Positions 1-10,100 of a DNA stretch of 53,851 nucleotides are shown in pieces. Location: IMG/VR virus record IMGVR_UViG_3300022744_000036, positions 1 through 53,851 of that record; one strand, given 5' to 3'. Below the pieces are notes generated by a model. The model was given only the letters and a program-made list of their open reading frames with translations. It had not been told where the DNA came from and searched no databases. The number at the start of each line of letters is the position of its first letter. Within the stretch, counting starts at the first letter, position 1. The DNA comes from a virus. Its lineage: Duplodnaviria > Caudoviricetes. The position numbers and the translations under genes are program-made.

Positions 1-1
1 G

Positions 2-1534
2 CAGAAGAAGGCATACGACGAGATGCTGCGCAAGTTCCGCGCGGACTGCGGCAGCGGCCAGATCACGGCGGTCAACGAGGCGGCCAAGCTCAGCAAGCTC
101 CTGCAGATTTGCTGTTTGCGCCATGATACTAACGTGCTAACGGAACGCGGGTGGGTTCCGATACATGACGTGTCGGCACGCGACGCCGTCTGGGACGGCA
201 CCGAGTGGGTGAGCCAGAAAGGCGCAGCCCTAATGGGGTACAAGCCCACCATTGATTGTGGGGGTGTGTTTGCAACGGAGGACCACCTGGTTCTTAGCGA
301 CTCCGGGTGGCTAACAGCGAAGGAGTTTGCGCGCGGTTATGCCAGCAAAAGACTTGACTGGGCAGAGGTTCGGTTACCTGACGGTGTTGCGTCGGGAGGG
401 GACCTCTGGTGGGGTGAACAAGAAGGCTCGATGGGCGTGCCTGTGCGATTGCGGGAACGAGGTTACGCGCGAAAGCCAGTACCTACGCAGCCGGCACAGA
501 ACCCACCCCCGCAGTTGTGGGTGTCACCACGGAAACGAAAAGCACAAGATGGCGGCATCTCGCCCGTACCGAACGTGGACGGGTATGCGTCGGCGCTGCC
601 TAGACCCGTTGGACAAAGACTGGCCGAATTACGGCGCGCGTGGCGTGACGGTGTGCGAGTCGTGGCGCAGGTCTTTCTCGGCGTTTTGGGCGGATATGGG
701 ACCGAGCTACCAAGACAACCTGACCCTTGGCCGCGTGGACAACGACGGACCCTACTCACCCGACAACTGTCGATGGGAGACCGTGCACCAGCAGGCCAAC
801 AACCGAAGAACGAACACTCTGGTAGCCACATCAAAGGGTTCGATGACGCTGAGCCAGGCAGCGAGGGCTTTCGGCTTGAAGCCGGTCACGCTGCTGGCCA
901 GGATACGTCGCTACGGTTGGACGCTGGAGAGGGCGCTGAACACCCCGCCGTCTACGACCTCGTCGACTGTGGCCCACGAAATCGGTTCGTCGTCAGGGGC
1001 GTAGATGGCAAACCACGTATAGTCCACAATTGCGGCGTGGCCTACGGCGAAGGCGAGGCCGAGATCCTCCTGGATGCCCGCCCCCGCATCGAGCTGGTCA
1101 AGGAGATCATCGAGGAGAGCGAGTCCAAGGTGCTGGTGTTCGTGCCGTTCACGGCAGCACTGCACAAGGTAGCCGAAGAAATCGCCAAGCACTACTCGGT
1201 GGAGGTGGTGTACGGCGAGGTGTCCAAGACTCAGCGGGACCGCATCTTCCACGACTTCCAGCACGCCAAGGACCCCCACGTCCTGGTGGCCGACGCCCGC
1301 ACCATGAGCCACGGACTGAGCCTGACAGCGGCCAGCACGACCATCTGGTACGGCCCCCCTAACGGGAACGAGACCTATCTGCAGGCTAACGAGCGCACAC
1401 CCCGCCCGGGGCAGAAGCTCAATACCCTGATCGTCAACATCGAGGGCACCCCCGTGGAGCGCAAGGTGTACGAACGACTCCGAGGGCAGACCAAATTGCA
1501 GGGGCTGCTGCTCGACATGCTAAAAGGCGGTTGA
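2..1534 (+). CDS. SNF2-like DNA helicase, C-terminal part (5' truncated), intein-containing
   Basis: Frame is open from position 2. KLLQIC/CG-VAY motif, then helicase-C motifs KVLVFVPF, HGLSLTAA and YLQANERTPRPGQ. Confidence 0.9.
   Translation, partial: QKKAYDEMLRKFRADCGSGQITAVNEAAKLSKLLQICCLRHDTNVLTERGWVPIHDVSARDAVWDGTEWVSQKGAALMGYKPTIDCGGVFATEDHLVLSDSGWLTAKEFARGYASKRLDWAEVRLPDGVASGGDLWWGEQEGSMGVPVRLRERGYARKPVPTQPAQNPPPQLWVSPRKRKAQDGGISPVPNVDGYASALPRPVGQRLAELRRAWRDGVRVVAQVFLGVLGGYGTELPRQPDPWPRGQRRTLLTRQLSMGDRAPAGQQPKNEHSGSHIKGFDDAEPGSEGFRLEAGHAAGQDTSLRLDAGEGAEHPAVYDLVDCGPRNRFVVRGVDGKPRIVHNCGVAYGEGEAEILLDARPRIELVKEIIEESESKVLVFVPFTAALHKVAEEIAKHYSVEVVYGEVSKTQRDRIFHDFQHAKDPHVLVADARTMSHGLSLTAASTTIWYGPPNGNETYLQANERTPRPGQKLNTLIVNIEGTPVERKVYERLRGQTKLQGLLLDMLKGG
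113..1030 (+). mobile_element. Intein (306 aa) in the helicase
   Basis: Block A CLRHDTNVLTERG, block B TEDHLV, block F VYDL, block G IVHN followed by Cys+1. Removal restores KLLQICCGVAY. Confidence 0.92.
339..1004 (+). CDS. HNH-family homing endonuclease nested in the +1 frame of the intein
   Basis: [42 protein letters not shown] and [23 protein letters not shown] motifs. AAGGAG at 320-325. Confidence 0.88.
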   Translation: [221 protein letters not shown]

Positions 1535-1559
1535 TCCGCTAACGTGTTAGGTATATTAT
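1531..1559 (+). promoter_or_regulatory. Sigma70-like promoter with palindromic operator in the spacer
   Basis: TTGATC-17nt-TATTAT, with CTAACGTGTTAG at 1539-1550. Confidence 0.65.
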
Positions 1560-1583
1560 TTAACCCCAACCTGAAAGTGCCCC

Positions 1584-1949
1584 ATGGCTAACGACAACGA
1601 CCGCCTGAACTCTAACGCCACCTTTGAGGAAGCCCGCCGATTTTTTGACGCCCGTATCGAGTCGCCCACCGAGGAAGACCTGGACCGCTGGCTCGGAAGT
1701 CGGCCGCTTCACTACGACATCGAGACCTTCGGTCGACTCTACTTCTGCCGGGCCGACCGCGTCCACAGTATGTACCCCTCCCATAAACCGCCCCCTGCGG
1801 TGTTGGCAGCCTACGCCGACGTGCGCGCTCGGAAGCTCCACGACGCTCTGAATCGTAAGTACGGCGGGGGCTACATCGACGCGGCTTGGGATCGGGGGAC
1901 GGCCACGCGCTACGCGACAGGCGGGCCCAGCGGCCCGTATACCCATTAA
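1584..1949 (+). CDS. hypothetical protein
   Basis: ORF fills the gap after the promoter in the coding direction. Confidence 0.6.
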   Translation: MANDNDRLNSNATFEEARRFFDARIESPTEEDLDRWLGSRPLHYDIETFGRLYFCRADRVHSMYPSHKPPPAVLAAYADVRARKLHDALNRKYGGGYIDAAWDRGTATRYATGGPSGPYTH

Positions 1950-1962
1950 CTGGAGAGTTACC

Positions 1963-2346
1963 ATGCCCGACATCGACGCGCTCATCGAGCGATACGTCCT
2001 CCTTCGAGACAAGAAGGCCCAGATCAAGGCTGCGTATGAGGCCGAGGTCGCCGAGTACGACGGGGCCATGGACCGTATCGAGGGGGCCATCATGGCGCAC
2101 CTCAACGCCACCGGCACCACCAAGACCGGCTCCAAGGCCGGCACCGCGTTCATCGAGAAGACCACCAGCTGCACCACGGCTGACGCCGAGGCGTTCTTCA
2201 GCTACGTGCAGGCTAACGGCCTGTGGCACCTCATGGACAAGCGCCCTAACAAGACGGCAGTTGCGGAATTCCGCGCGGCCAACGATGATATTCCGCCTGG
2301 CCTGAACTGGCGTGAAGAAGCCGTGGTGCGCATCCGCCGCGCCTGA
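1963..2346 (+). CDS. conserved phage replication-region coiled-coil protein
   Basis: GGAG RBS, strong GC3 bias, directly upstream of the SSB-like gene. Confidence 0.75.
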   Translation: MPDIDALIERYVLLRDKKAQIKAAYEAEVAEYDGAMDRIEGAIMAHLNATGTTKTGSKAGTAFIEKTTSCTTADAEAFFSYVQANGLWHLMDKRPNKTAVAEFRAANDDIPPGLNWREEAVVRIRRA

Positions 2347-2371
2347 CCCCATCAACCACTGGAGAAACCCC

Positions 2372-3370
2372 ATGTCCGCCATCATCCCTCTGACCCCCGG
2401 CACCGTCCTGCCCGCCTACCTCAAGAACCGCGACGCGCTCGCCACCATCAACTCGGACGTCATCACCCATGGCACCGGGTTCCCTGTCCTGTCCATCAAG
2501 GGCAAGGTCTTCACGTTGGTCAAGGACAACGAGCGCAAGGTGCTCACCCGTCCGGAAGACCCCGACGAGGTCCTGCAGAACATCACCCTCACGGCCATCC
2601 GCGCCAACACCAAGAGCCGCGTGTTCTACGCCAAGGCGTATAGCGAGGACGACAGCGAGGGCGCCAAGCCCTCCTGCTACTCCAGTGACGGCGTGTCCCC
2701 GGCGGCTGATGCCCGCGAACCCCAGGCCAAGAAGTGCGCCGTCTGCCCGCACGCCGTGTGGGGCTCCAAGTCGGGCAGCGAGGGCAAGGGCACCGCGTGC
2801 ACCGTGAACACCCGCCTGGCCATCGCTGACCCGGACCAGATCCTCGCCAGCGAGAACGTGGAGCCCTACCTGCTGCGCGTGCCGGCTGGCAGCCGCGCCA
2901 ACTTCGCCGATGTGGTCAAGGCCGCCCAGGCGCGCGGTATCCCCTACAACGCCCTGGTGCTCAAGGTGGGCTTCGACAAGGAGGCGCCGAGCCCCAAGCT
3001 CACGTTCAAGCTGGTCGGCCTGGTGGACGACGCGGTCTACAACAAGATCACCGAGCTGTACGAGAGCGACGACGTGAAGGCGATCGTGGGCCTGGCCCCG
3101 GTGGCGGCTTCCGCCCCTGCCCTGCCGGCCCCCAGTGTGACCGAGGACGACCTGGACGCCGCCCTGGCGGCCAAGGAAGCCCGTGCGGCCACCGAGAAGG
3201 CATCCAAGGCGGCGAAGACCCCTGCCCCTGCCCCTGCCCCTGCCCCTGAGCCGGTGGCTGAGAAGCCCGCCAAGGTGGCCAAGCCCAAGGCGGAACCCGC
3301 CGCCACGTCCGGCGGCATGGACGACCTGCTGGGGGACCTCGACAGCCTGCTGGGTTCGACCGACGACTGA
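2372..3370 (+). CDS. putative single-stranded DNA-binding/annealing protein with Zn motif
   Basis: GGAG RBS. PSCYSSDG, CAVCPH..WGS and GTAC motifs, Ala/Pro linker and acidic C-terminal tail. Confidence 0.65.
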   Translation: MSAIIPLTPGTVLPAYLKNRDALATINSDVITHGTGFPVLSIKGKVFTLVKDNERKVLTRPEDPDEVLQNITLTAIRANTKSRVFYAKAYSEDDSEGAKPSCYSSDGVSPAADAREPQAKKCAVCPHAVWGSKSGSEGKGTACTVNTRLAIADPDQILASENVEPYLLRVPAGSRANFADVVKAAQARGIPYNALVLKVGFDKEAPSPKLTFKLVGLVDDAVYNKITELYESDDVKAIVGLAPVAASAPALPAPSVTEDDLDAALAAKEARAATEKASKAAKTPAPAPAPAPEPVAEKPAKVAKPKAEPAATSGGMDDLLGDLDSLLGSTDD

Positions 3371-3375
3371 TGCAC

Positions 3376-3397
3376 GAGGGGCCCGGCCGGGCCCCTC
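3376..3397 (+). terminator. GC hairpin after the SSB-like gene
   Basis: Perfect palindrome GAGGGGCCCGGCCGGGCCCCTC; weak U tract. Confidence 0.5.
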
Positions 3398-3412
3398 TCT
3401 ACAAGGACACCG

Positions 3413-3682
3413 ATGGAACTTGACTTCTCGCTCATCAAGCGTGCCGGCGTCTCCCAGCGGGAGTTCTCGCAGTTAGCGGGTGTATCGAGAGTGACCACTA
3501 ACCTGTGGGTTGCGGGTAAGATGAAGCCCCACCGCCTACAGGCCGACAAGATCGCCGCAGTCATGCGCGCACTTGAGGCAGCCGTCACCCATGAAGAACT
3601 CCCACTGCCCGGGGCTATCCCGGTCGCCCGGCGCATTCCCACAATTCAGCGCATCCTGCAGCAGCGCGGTGCGCCCCTCTGA
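3413..3682 (+). CDS. XRE/Cro-like HTH protein
   Basis: GVSQREFSQLAGVSRVTTNLWVAG helix-turn-helix; AAGGA RBS. Confidence 0.8.
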   Translation: MELDFSLIKRAGVSQREFSQLAGVSRVTTNLWVAGKMKPHRLQADKIAAVMRALEAAVTHEELPLPGAIPVARRIPTIQRILQQRGAPL

Positions 3683-3701
3683 CTGACGTCGCGGGGAGAC
3701 G

Positions 3702-6700
3702 ATGCTCAACACCTTCTTCGGGGACATTCTCCCCACTACGGGGCACTACTGCCTCGTTCTTCTTCCAGAGGGTCGGCACCTGTGGGCCAACACCCATGAC
3801 GAACTGGCCGACCTAGCCACCCAACACAAGGACCGCACGGGGGTCTACTACGGCACCGCCTCGTTCAAGACCACCGACAACCGTACCCAAGCTAACGTGT
3901 TAGCCCTCAAGGCACTGCGCCTTGACATCGACGCCGGAGCCAAGAAGTACGAGAAGGACCCCGATGGAACTTACCCCACCCAGCGCGACGCCCTCGCCGC
4001 CGTCGTCGGATTCGTCCGAGACACCGGGCTGGTACCTTCCTACATTGTCTCCAGTGGCGAGGGCCTGCATGTCTATTACTGCCTGGACGCCGAGCTTGCC
4101 CCGGACACATGGCGCCCCCTTTCTGCGGGACTGGGTCAGCTCGCGCAGGCTCACGGACTTCGGGCAGACCCGTCTGTTACCCAGGACTCGGCTCGGGTCC
4201 TACGCCCTATCGGTAGCCTGCACTCTGCGCAGAAGCGCGTTGTCGTTCTCAAGGCTACGCCTGCCCGGTATTCCCCCGAGGGGCTTGCCGCGAAACTCCC
4301 CGCGCAACCCGCCGCCCGCAAGTTCGACCTGAGTGTCAACGACGACGTCACCACCAGCTACGAGGGCCCACCCTCAAGCGCGTACAAGGTCGCCCACCAC
4401 TGCGGGGCCCTGCGCGAGGTGGCGGAGACAGGCGGAGACGTGCCGGAGCCCCTGTGGCGGGCCATGATCGGTCTGGTCAAGCGTTGCGTCGAGGGCATCG
4501 AGGTCGCCCAGGAGTGGAGCCAGGGCTACGATGGCTACGACGAGCGCGAGGTGGAGCGCAAGTTCAACGGCTGGACTACCGGCCCGACTACCTGCGCCGA
4601 GTTCTCCAAGCACAGCAAGGCGTGCGCCAGTTGTCAGTTCAGGGGGAAGTTCAAGTCCCCCATCGGCCTGGGCGAGATGACGACACCCGAGATCGAGGAG
4701 CTGCCGGAAGACAAGCAGCCTGCCCAGCCGGCACCCCCCGTCGCTACAGGCATGCCGTGGGACGGGCACATTCCGCCGCGCTTCGAGGTTGTCACGCAGG
4801 GCCAGGAGCGCACCCTGGTCTACAAGATGCAGATCGAGAAGGAGTCCGACACGGGCGACGTTGTCCCCGTGAACGTGGCGGTACCGGTCACGCACGACAT
4901 CTTCTGGTTCACCCACTGGTCGGAAGCCGACCACAGCGACGACAGCGCCTGCGTCACGCTCAACCTACTGCGCGGCGGGTACGTCAAGACCTACGACATG
5001 GACCAGACCCTGGTGGCCAGCCCTTACAAGCTGTTGGAATCACTGGCGGGCAAGTCCATCCACACCACCACCCACAAGAGGGCACCCCAAGCCATGCAAG
5101 ACTACGCCAAGGCGATGCTCCAACGCATCAAGACCAACGGCCAGCGCCCGAAGGTGACGGACCACCTGGGCCTGCGCATCCTCGACGACGGCCAGCTCGT
5201 CGCTGTCCAGGGCAAGCACGTCATCTACCCGGACGGGAGTATCCGCGAGGCCACCCTGGGCGGGGCGGTGCGCGGGCAAGCCGACGCCATGAACCTGCCG
5301 ATCCCCCCGAATTTCGCCGGAGAGTGGGGTGCCGAAGTGTGGGCCGAGCACATCGAGCCCAGGGCGCGCAAGCACGTGGAGTTCATGCGCCGGCACTACA
5401 CGCACAAGGGCCTGGAGAAGTACCAGCTCGCCATCATGATGGCCCTGGCCAGCCCGCTCATGGCGTTCGCGCAGGGCACGTTCCACCGGGGGTCCAAGCT
5501 GCCGGCGCAAGGGCTCACGGTGTCTCTTTTCTCCCGCGACACCGCGCGGGGCAAGACGGCTGCCATCAAGGCCGCGATGCTGGCCTACGGCAGTCCGGAC
5601 GTACTCTCGCGCGACAGCAACAAGACGGGCTCCACGGACCTGGCGCGCATCGCCAAGATGTCCATCCATGGCACGGTGCCGCTGGGTATGGACGAGATCG
5701 GCGACCTGCCCATCACCTCGATGGCGCAGCTGGTGGAGTCTGTCGGCAACGGTACCGGGCGCGACCGAGCGGACCGCAAGGGCGGCCTCGTCGAGAGCAA
5801 CGGCACCTGGTCCCTCGTGGCGCTGATGGCGGCCAACCGCTCCGCCCGGGAGATGATCGCGGCCTGCCGAGCTGAGAGCCCGGCTGTGCAGTACCGGCTC
5901 ATTGAGCTGAACGTGGACGACATGCCCGAGTTTGACCAGGAGACGCGCGAGACCTACAGCAACGAGTGGTCTCATATTCTGGGTGAGTGCGCTGGTGCGC
6001 TGGGCGGGGTGATTCACCGGGCCATCTGCGCCCTGGGCGCCGAGCAAGCCAACCGCCTGGTCCTGGAGTGCGTCAACAAGGCCAGCGCCGCCGTCAAGGC
6101 TACGCAGAGCGCGCGGTTCCAGTACCGAGGCCTGGGCATGGTGCTCATGCTGCAGACGCTGCTGAGCCGCCTCGGCATGCAGATGTTCGACACCCGCACC
6201 CTACTCGCCGAGTTCAAGGCCGCCATGGACAACAGCGTCGAGTTCATTCAGGAGAACCTCTTGCCGACCGACCCCTTGGAGCTGGCGCAGCGCATGCTGT
6301 CTGACCTGCAGCCCAACACCCTCGTCACCGAGCACGAGTCGCGCCCGTCCGGTATCGTGCACAAGTACGACGTGATGCTCAACTCCCGCATGCCGGACCC
6401 GGTGCTGGCTCGCCACATCGTCAACCTGCGCAAGACCTACGTGTCAGCAGCTGCCGTGCGCAAGTGGTGTTCGGACAACCGGGTCAGCGAGATGGATATG
6501 CTGCGGGCGTGCAAGGAGCAGGATGTGATCGGCAAGATCGGGCCGACTGGCTGGACGGCGCCACTGAACCTGCTCAAGGGCCTGAAGGACAACGCGGGCA
6601 CCCGCACTCGGGCGTACAGGTTCGACACCGGGCGACTCAACATCCTCACCAGTGTCCCGCTGGAGTTCGCCAGCGCCGACAACGTGGTCGAGTTCCCGGC

Positions 6701-6755
6701 ACCGCAGGCCCGGCCTGATGCGCCGGAAGAGGGGGATGCGAATGCGGCCGGCTGA
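3702..6755 (+). CDS. primase-helicase fusion (AEP/RepB-like N-terminus, Cys cluster, DUF927-like P-loop domain)
   Basis: LDID and SSGEGLHVY motifs, ARVLR, CxxC cluster, Walker A-like TARGKT and Walker B MDE. Confidence 0.85.
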   Translation: MLNTFFGDILPTTGHYCLVLLPEGRHLWANTHDELADLATQHKDRTGVYYGTASFKTTDNRTQANVLALKALRLDIDAGAKKYEKDPDGTYPTQRDALAAVVGFVRDTGLVPSYIVSSGEGLHVYYCLDAELAPDTWRPLSAGLGQLAQAHGLRADPSVTQDSARVLRPIGSLHSAQKRVVVLKATPARYSPEGLAAKLPAQPAARKFDLSVNDDVTTSYEGPPSSAYKVAHHCGALREVAETGGDVPEPLWRAMIGLVKRCVEGIEVAQEWSQGYDGYDEREVERKFNGWTTGPTTCAEFSKHSKACASCQFRGKFKSPIGLGEMTTPEIEELPEDKQPAQPAPPVATGMPWDGHIPPRFEVVTQGQERTLVYKMQIEKESDTGDVVPVNVAVPVTHDIFWFTHWSEADHSDDSACVTLNLLRGGYVKTYDMDQTLVASPYKLLESLAGKSIHTTTHKRAPQAMQDYAKAMLQRIKTNGQRPKVTDHLGLRILDDGQLVAVQGKHVIYPDGSIREATLGGAVRGQADAMNLPIPPNFAGEWGAEVWAEHIEPRARKHVEFMRRHYTHKGLEKYQLAIMMALASPLMAFAQGTFHRGSKLPAQGLTVSLFSRDTARGKTAAIKAAMLAYGSPDVLSRDSNKTGSTDLARIAKMSIHGTVPLGMDEIGDLPITSMAQLVESVGNGTGRDRADRKGGLVESNGTWSLVALMAANRSAREMIAACRAESPAVQYRLIELNVDDMPEFDQETRETYSNEWSHILGECAGALGGVIHRAICALGAEQANRLVLECVNKASAAVKATQSARFQYRGLGMVLMLQTLLSRLGMQMFDTRTLLAEFKAAMDNSVEFIQENLLPTDPLELAQRMLSDLQPNTLVTEHESRPSGIVHKYDVMLNSRMPDPVLARHIVNLRKTYVSAAAVRKWCSDNRVSEMDMLRACKEQDVIGKIGPTGWTAPLNLLKGLKDNAGTRTRAYRFDTGRLNILTSVPLEFASADNVVEFPAPQARPDAPEEGDANAAG

Positions 6756-7098
6756 TTCGAGCGAACTGTTGAATGGTTGGGTACTGGTTACCGAGCGCAT
6801 GCCGGTGTCTGGACAAGTCGTGCTGGCTTGCTGCACAAATAGCGCGGGTGCGGTACAGTGTATTCGGGCCAGCTGGATCGCCACCAAGACTGTCGAGGCC
6901 GACACGGACATCGACACGAGCGTTTTCGAGTACGACGAGGCTACTGACCGCTACTGGACCGTCGAGGGGTGGTACGAGCGGATCGACAACTGGGGCGACC
7001 ACAGCGCCGTGGCTGTGACCGAAGGGGCGGTTACGCATTGGATGCCGCTTCCCGCGCTGCCTAACGCAACAGGAGTAACAACAGAGAGGGGCCCCTAG
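6742..7098 (+). CDS. DUF551-like protein
   Basis: W..VTERMP..VL and VTHWMPLP signature; start at 6736 or 6742. Confidence 0.75.
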   Translation: MRPADSSELLNGWVLVTERMPVSGQVVLACCTNSAGAVQCIRASWIATKTVEADTDIDTSVFEYDEATDRYWTVEGWYERIDNWGDHSAVAVTEGAVTHWMPLPALPNATGVTTERGP

Positions 7099-7110
7099 GG
7101 GCCCCTTTTT
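7087..7110. terminator. intrinsic terminator between convergent blocks
   Basis: Palindrome AGGGGCCCCTAGGGGCCCCT followed by a T run. Confidence 0.75.
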
Positions 7111-10100
7111 ATTGCGGCATCGCTTTCTGCAGCTTGCGCTCCCGGTCGGCCTGTGCCTTGGGGTACTTGAGCAACGTCGACAGGGGCTGGCGCTTCATCT
7201 CCTCGGGCTGGTCGTTGAACCAGTGGCGCACGTTGTCCTTGCCATCCTGCAGCTCCTGCCAGTCCTGGCGCAGCTTGGCGGCCTTCTCGTAGTCGTCGGC
7301 CTTCATCGCCTCCGCGTAGCGGTGCTCGATGTCCTTGGTGCGCTCCTGGTAGAACTGCCGGACCTCGTACTGCTGGCTGCGCAGCCACTCCATGTTCTTG
7401 AACGAGGTGCTCTTGAGACCAACCGCGTCGAGCGCCAGGGCAAACTCGTTGACGTCATCCGGCTTGACCATCACGTCGCCGTTCTTGAGCGTGTAGCCCT
7501 CGTTGGCGATGCGGGCAGCCTTCATGGCGTCGGCCGGGCCCTTGGGCATGAGCTGCTCGACCCCACGGTAGAAGTCCCCACGTTTGAAGTAGCCGACTCC
7601 TTCGGCGAACCGGCCGGCCTGCGACAGCGTAGGGCCACCCAGAATACCGCCCAGAGTCTGGGCCATCTCGCTGGCGCTGCCGAACTTGAAGTCGGTGTAG
7701 GGCGCGATGCTGAACACCTTGTCGTCACCCAGCTTGGAGGACATATCCAGGCCCACCATGTTGAGCGGGCCGTGCAGGAGCAAGTCAGCCACGAACGGGT
7801 CGCCGATCCACTCGCGCATCTGGCGCTCAGTGCTCCACGGCTCATCGTCGCCGCCGAACAGGGCGCCCATCACCAGGCCCACCAGGTTCATCGCGGGCAG
7901 GCCCAGCACGCCGGCCGCCATCGAGGTGTGGAACAGCTTGAACGCCAGCATGCGCTTGCCGATGGCCCGCTCCTCGGGGGTTGCGCCCGTGAACGCCTGC
8001 TTGAACGCCCGGGTGTAGAGCGCCGCCATCATGAACTGGTACTTGCGGTACTGCGTCATGACCTTGGGCAGGCGCTTGAGGAGCAGGGGTGCGCCCGTGC
8101 GCGAGAAGTCGCCCTGCGTGGTCTGCAGGATCCGCACTGCGTATTCCTGGGCGGCCTCTTCCGTGCGCCCCTTGGCGATCGCCATGTTGTAGGCCGCCGT
8201 AGCCGCAGCCACGCGGTTGGCCGTCTCCACCGCACGCGAGACCTGGCGCAGCTTGTGCAGCGCGGTGCGCACGCCCTTGGACGCCGCGTCCACCGGGGCG
8301 TAGCCCGTGCGGGTCGCCTCGAAGTGGGTGAGGTCCTCGTCCAGGCCAATGTCCAGCACGCCCATGTCAGCCGCGCGCTGCAGGGCACCACGCAGGCCCG
8401 GGTTCTTCACCCGCTCAAGCTGCAGCTGACCCCACACCCCGGTGTCCTTGAGGGCCTTGTAGCCGTCAGACAGGTGCTTCCACGCTCCGGAGTAGTCGCC
8501 GAAGTCTGCCGCCAGCTTGGGCAGCGTGACCATGAACCCCTGCGTCGCGTTGGCGACGTGGTAGCCCAGGCTGGTCAGCAGCTGCCAGGCCGACGTGAGG
8601 GCCATCGCCCGGTCGGTCCAAGGGGTCTCCTTGTACGACAGGTTCTCGCGGTAGTGGTCCGCGATGGCGTTGAACTCGTTCTGGTGCTCGCGCTTGCCCG
8701 TCAGCGGGTTGCGCGCCTCGCGCTGCATGCGGTAGAACGCCTCGTTGATCTTGCCCCCATGCTCCAGGTTGGCCAGCCAGTTGGCATCCGCTCGCGCGTG
8801 CGAGAGGAAGGAGCGGACCATGTCACTGTCGTAGCCCGCGCGGTTCATGCGCTTGAGCGTCGAGGTGCGGGCGTGGTGCTCGTCGATCGACTGGAAGTAC
8901 ATGTCCTGCACCATCTTGGTCAGGGCTTCCTTGGTGGCCTTTGGCATCGCCTCATCCGCACCCATGGCGGCCAGCAGGCGCTGCAGCGTCGCGTGCTTCG
9001 GGGCCATCGAGTCCGCCAGCTCAGCGGACTTCTCGAAGTGATCGGACCAGTCGAAGCCGCCGCCACCGGCCTTCGAGTTCTTCTCGGCGAACAGGGCGGC
9101 CTGACCGGGCGTGTCGAAGTACGACACCACGTAGTGGTTCGGGTCCTGCTTGAGGGCCTTGACCCGGCTGGCGTCGTCGGCCTGCTCGGCGTCCCGCAGC
9201 TCCTTGGACTTGAGCACCGCCACGTAGTCGCCGAAGCGCTTGAGGGGGGCGTAGGGCTTGCCGTCCGAGCCGGCACCCATGCTGGTGAGCTGGTCCACAT
9301 CGTCGAGCTTGAGGGCCTTCATCAGGCCCCGCTTGACCTTGAGCATCTTCTGCCCATGGGCGAACACGTCGCGCACCACTTGCTGCTCCTCGGGCTTGAG
9401 CAGGTTGAAGTCGCGCTGCAACGTCGGGTCCACCTCGTACTTGACGGGCTCGCCGGCCTTGTCCTCGGCGGGGAACAGGTCCTTGTGCTGCGGATCCAGG
9501 GACGGGTCGTAGCCCCACTTCTGCTGGAAGGTGGACTTGGACAGGAACTCGTTGACGTTCTGCGTCCCGCCAGGCAAACGCTCGGCAGCGGCAGCGACGC
9601 GCTCGGCGTCCTGCTTGAGCTTGTTGCGGGTAGCCTGGACATCCTGCACGCCCTTGTACCAGTCCTTGATGGAGGGCAGGCTGCCCTTGAGGTCATCCAC
9701 CAGGTCGTGCAGGAACGACAGCGAGTCGGCCAGTCGCCGTGCCGTGTGGGTCACGTCGGTTACCACCTGGGACCCCGTGGCTCCCGCCACTCGGCGGGCC
9801 GCAGCGGACACCGGGCTCGGGATGGGCCCGGCGTCGGGCTCGACAGAGAAGCGAATGTCGGGGTTGGGGCCGGTCGCGCCCTCTCCCGCGTAGCTGTACT
9901 TGCTCTCCGTAGAGCCGCCCCGGGTGTCTTCCCCGAGCTGGAAGTGGGCGGCGCCGTAGGCCATGTCCACCACGTCCTGGGCGGTCAGGCGCACCGTGCT
10001 GCCAAGCCTCAGCTTGGCCAGGCCCTTCTTGAGGGCGGCGACCAGGGTGCTCATCCAGCGCTCGACGTTCGTGCGGTACTTCATGGCCGTGGGGTCCACC

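Noticed and set aside
3219-3248. CCCCTG hexamer repeat
   Set aside because: Encodes an ordinary Pro-Ala linker in the SSB-like protein.
4454-5875. 473-aa alternative-frame ORF within the primase-helicase
   Set aside because: Arg/Gly/Pro-rich off-frame read of GC-rich codons; the codon bias stays with the main frame, unlike the accepted nested genes.
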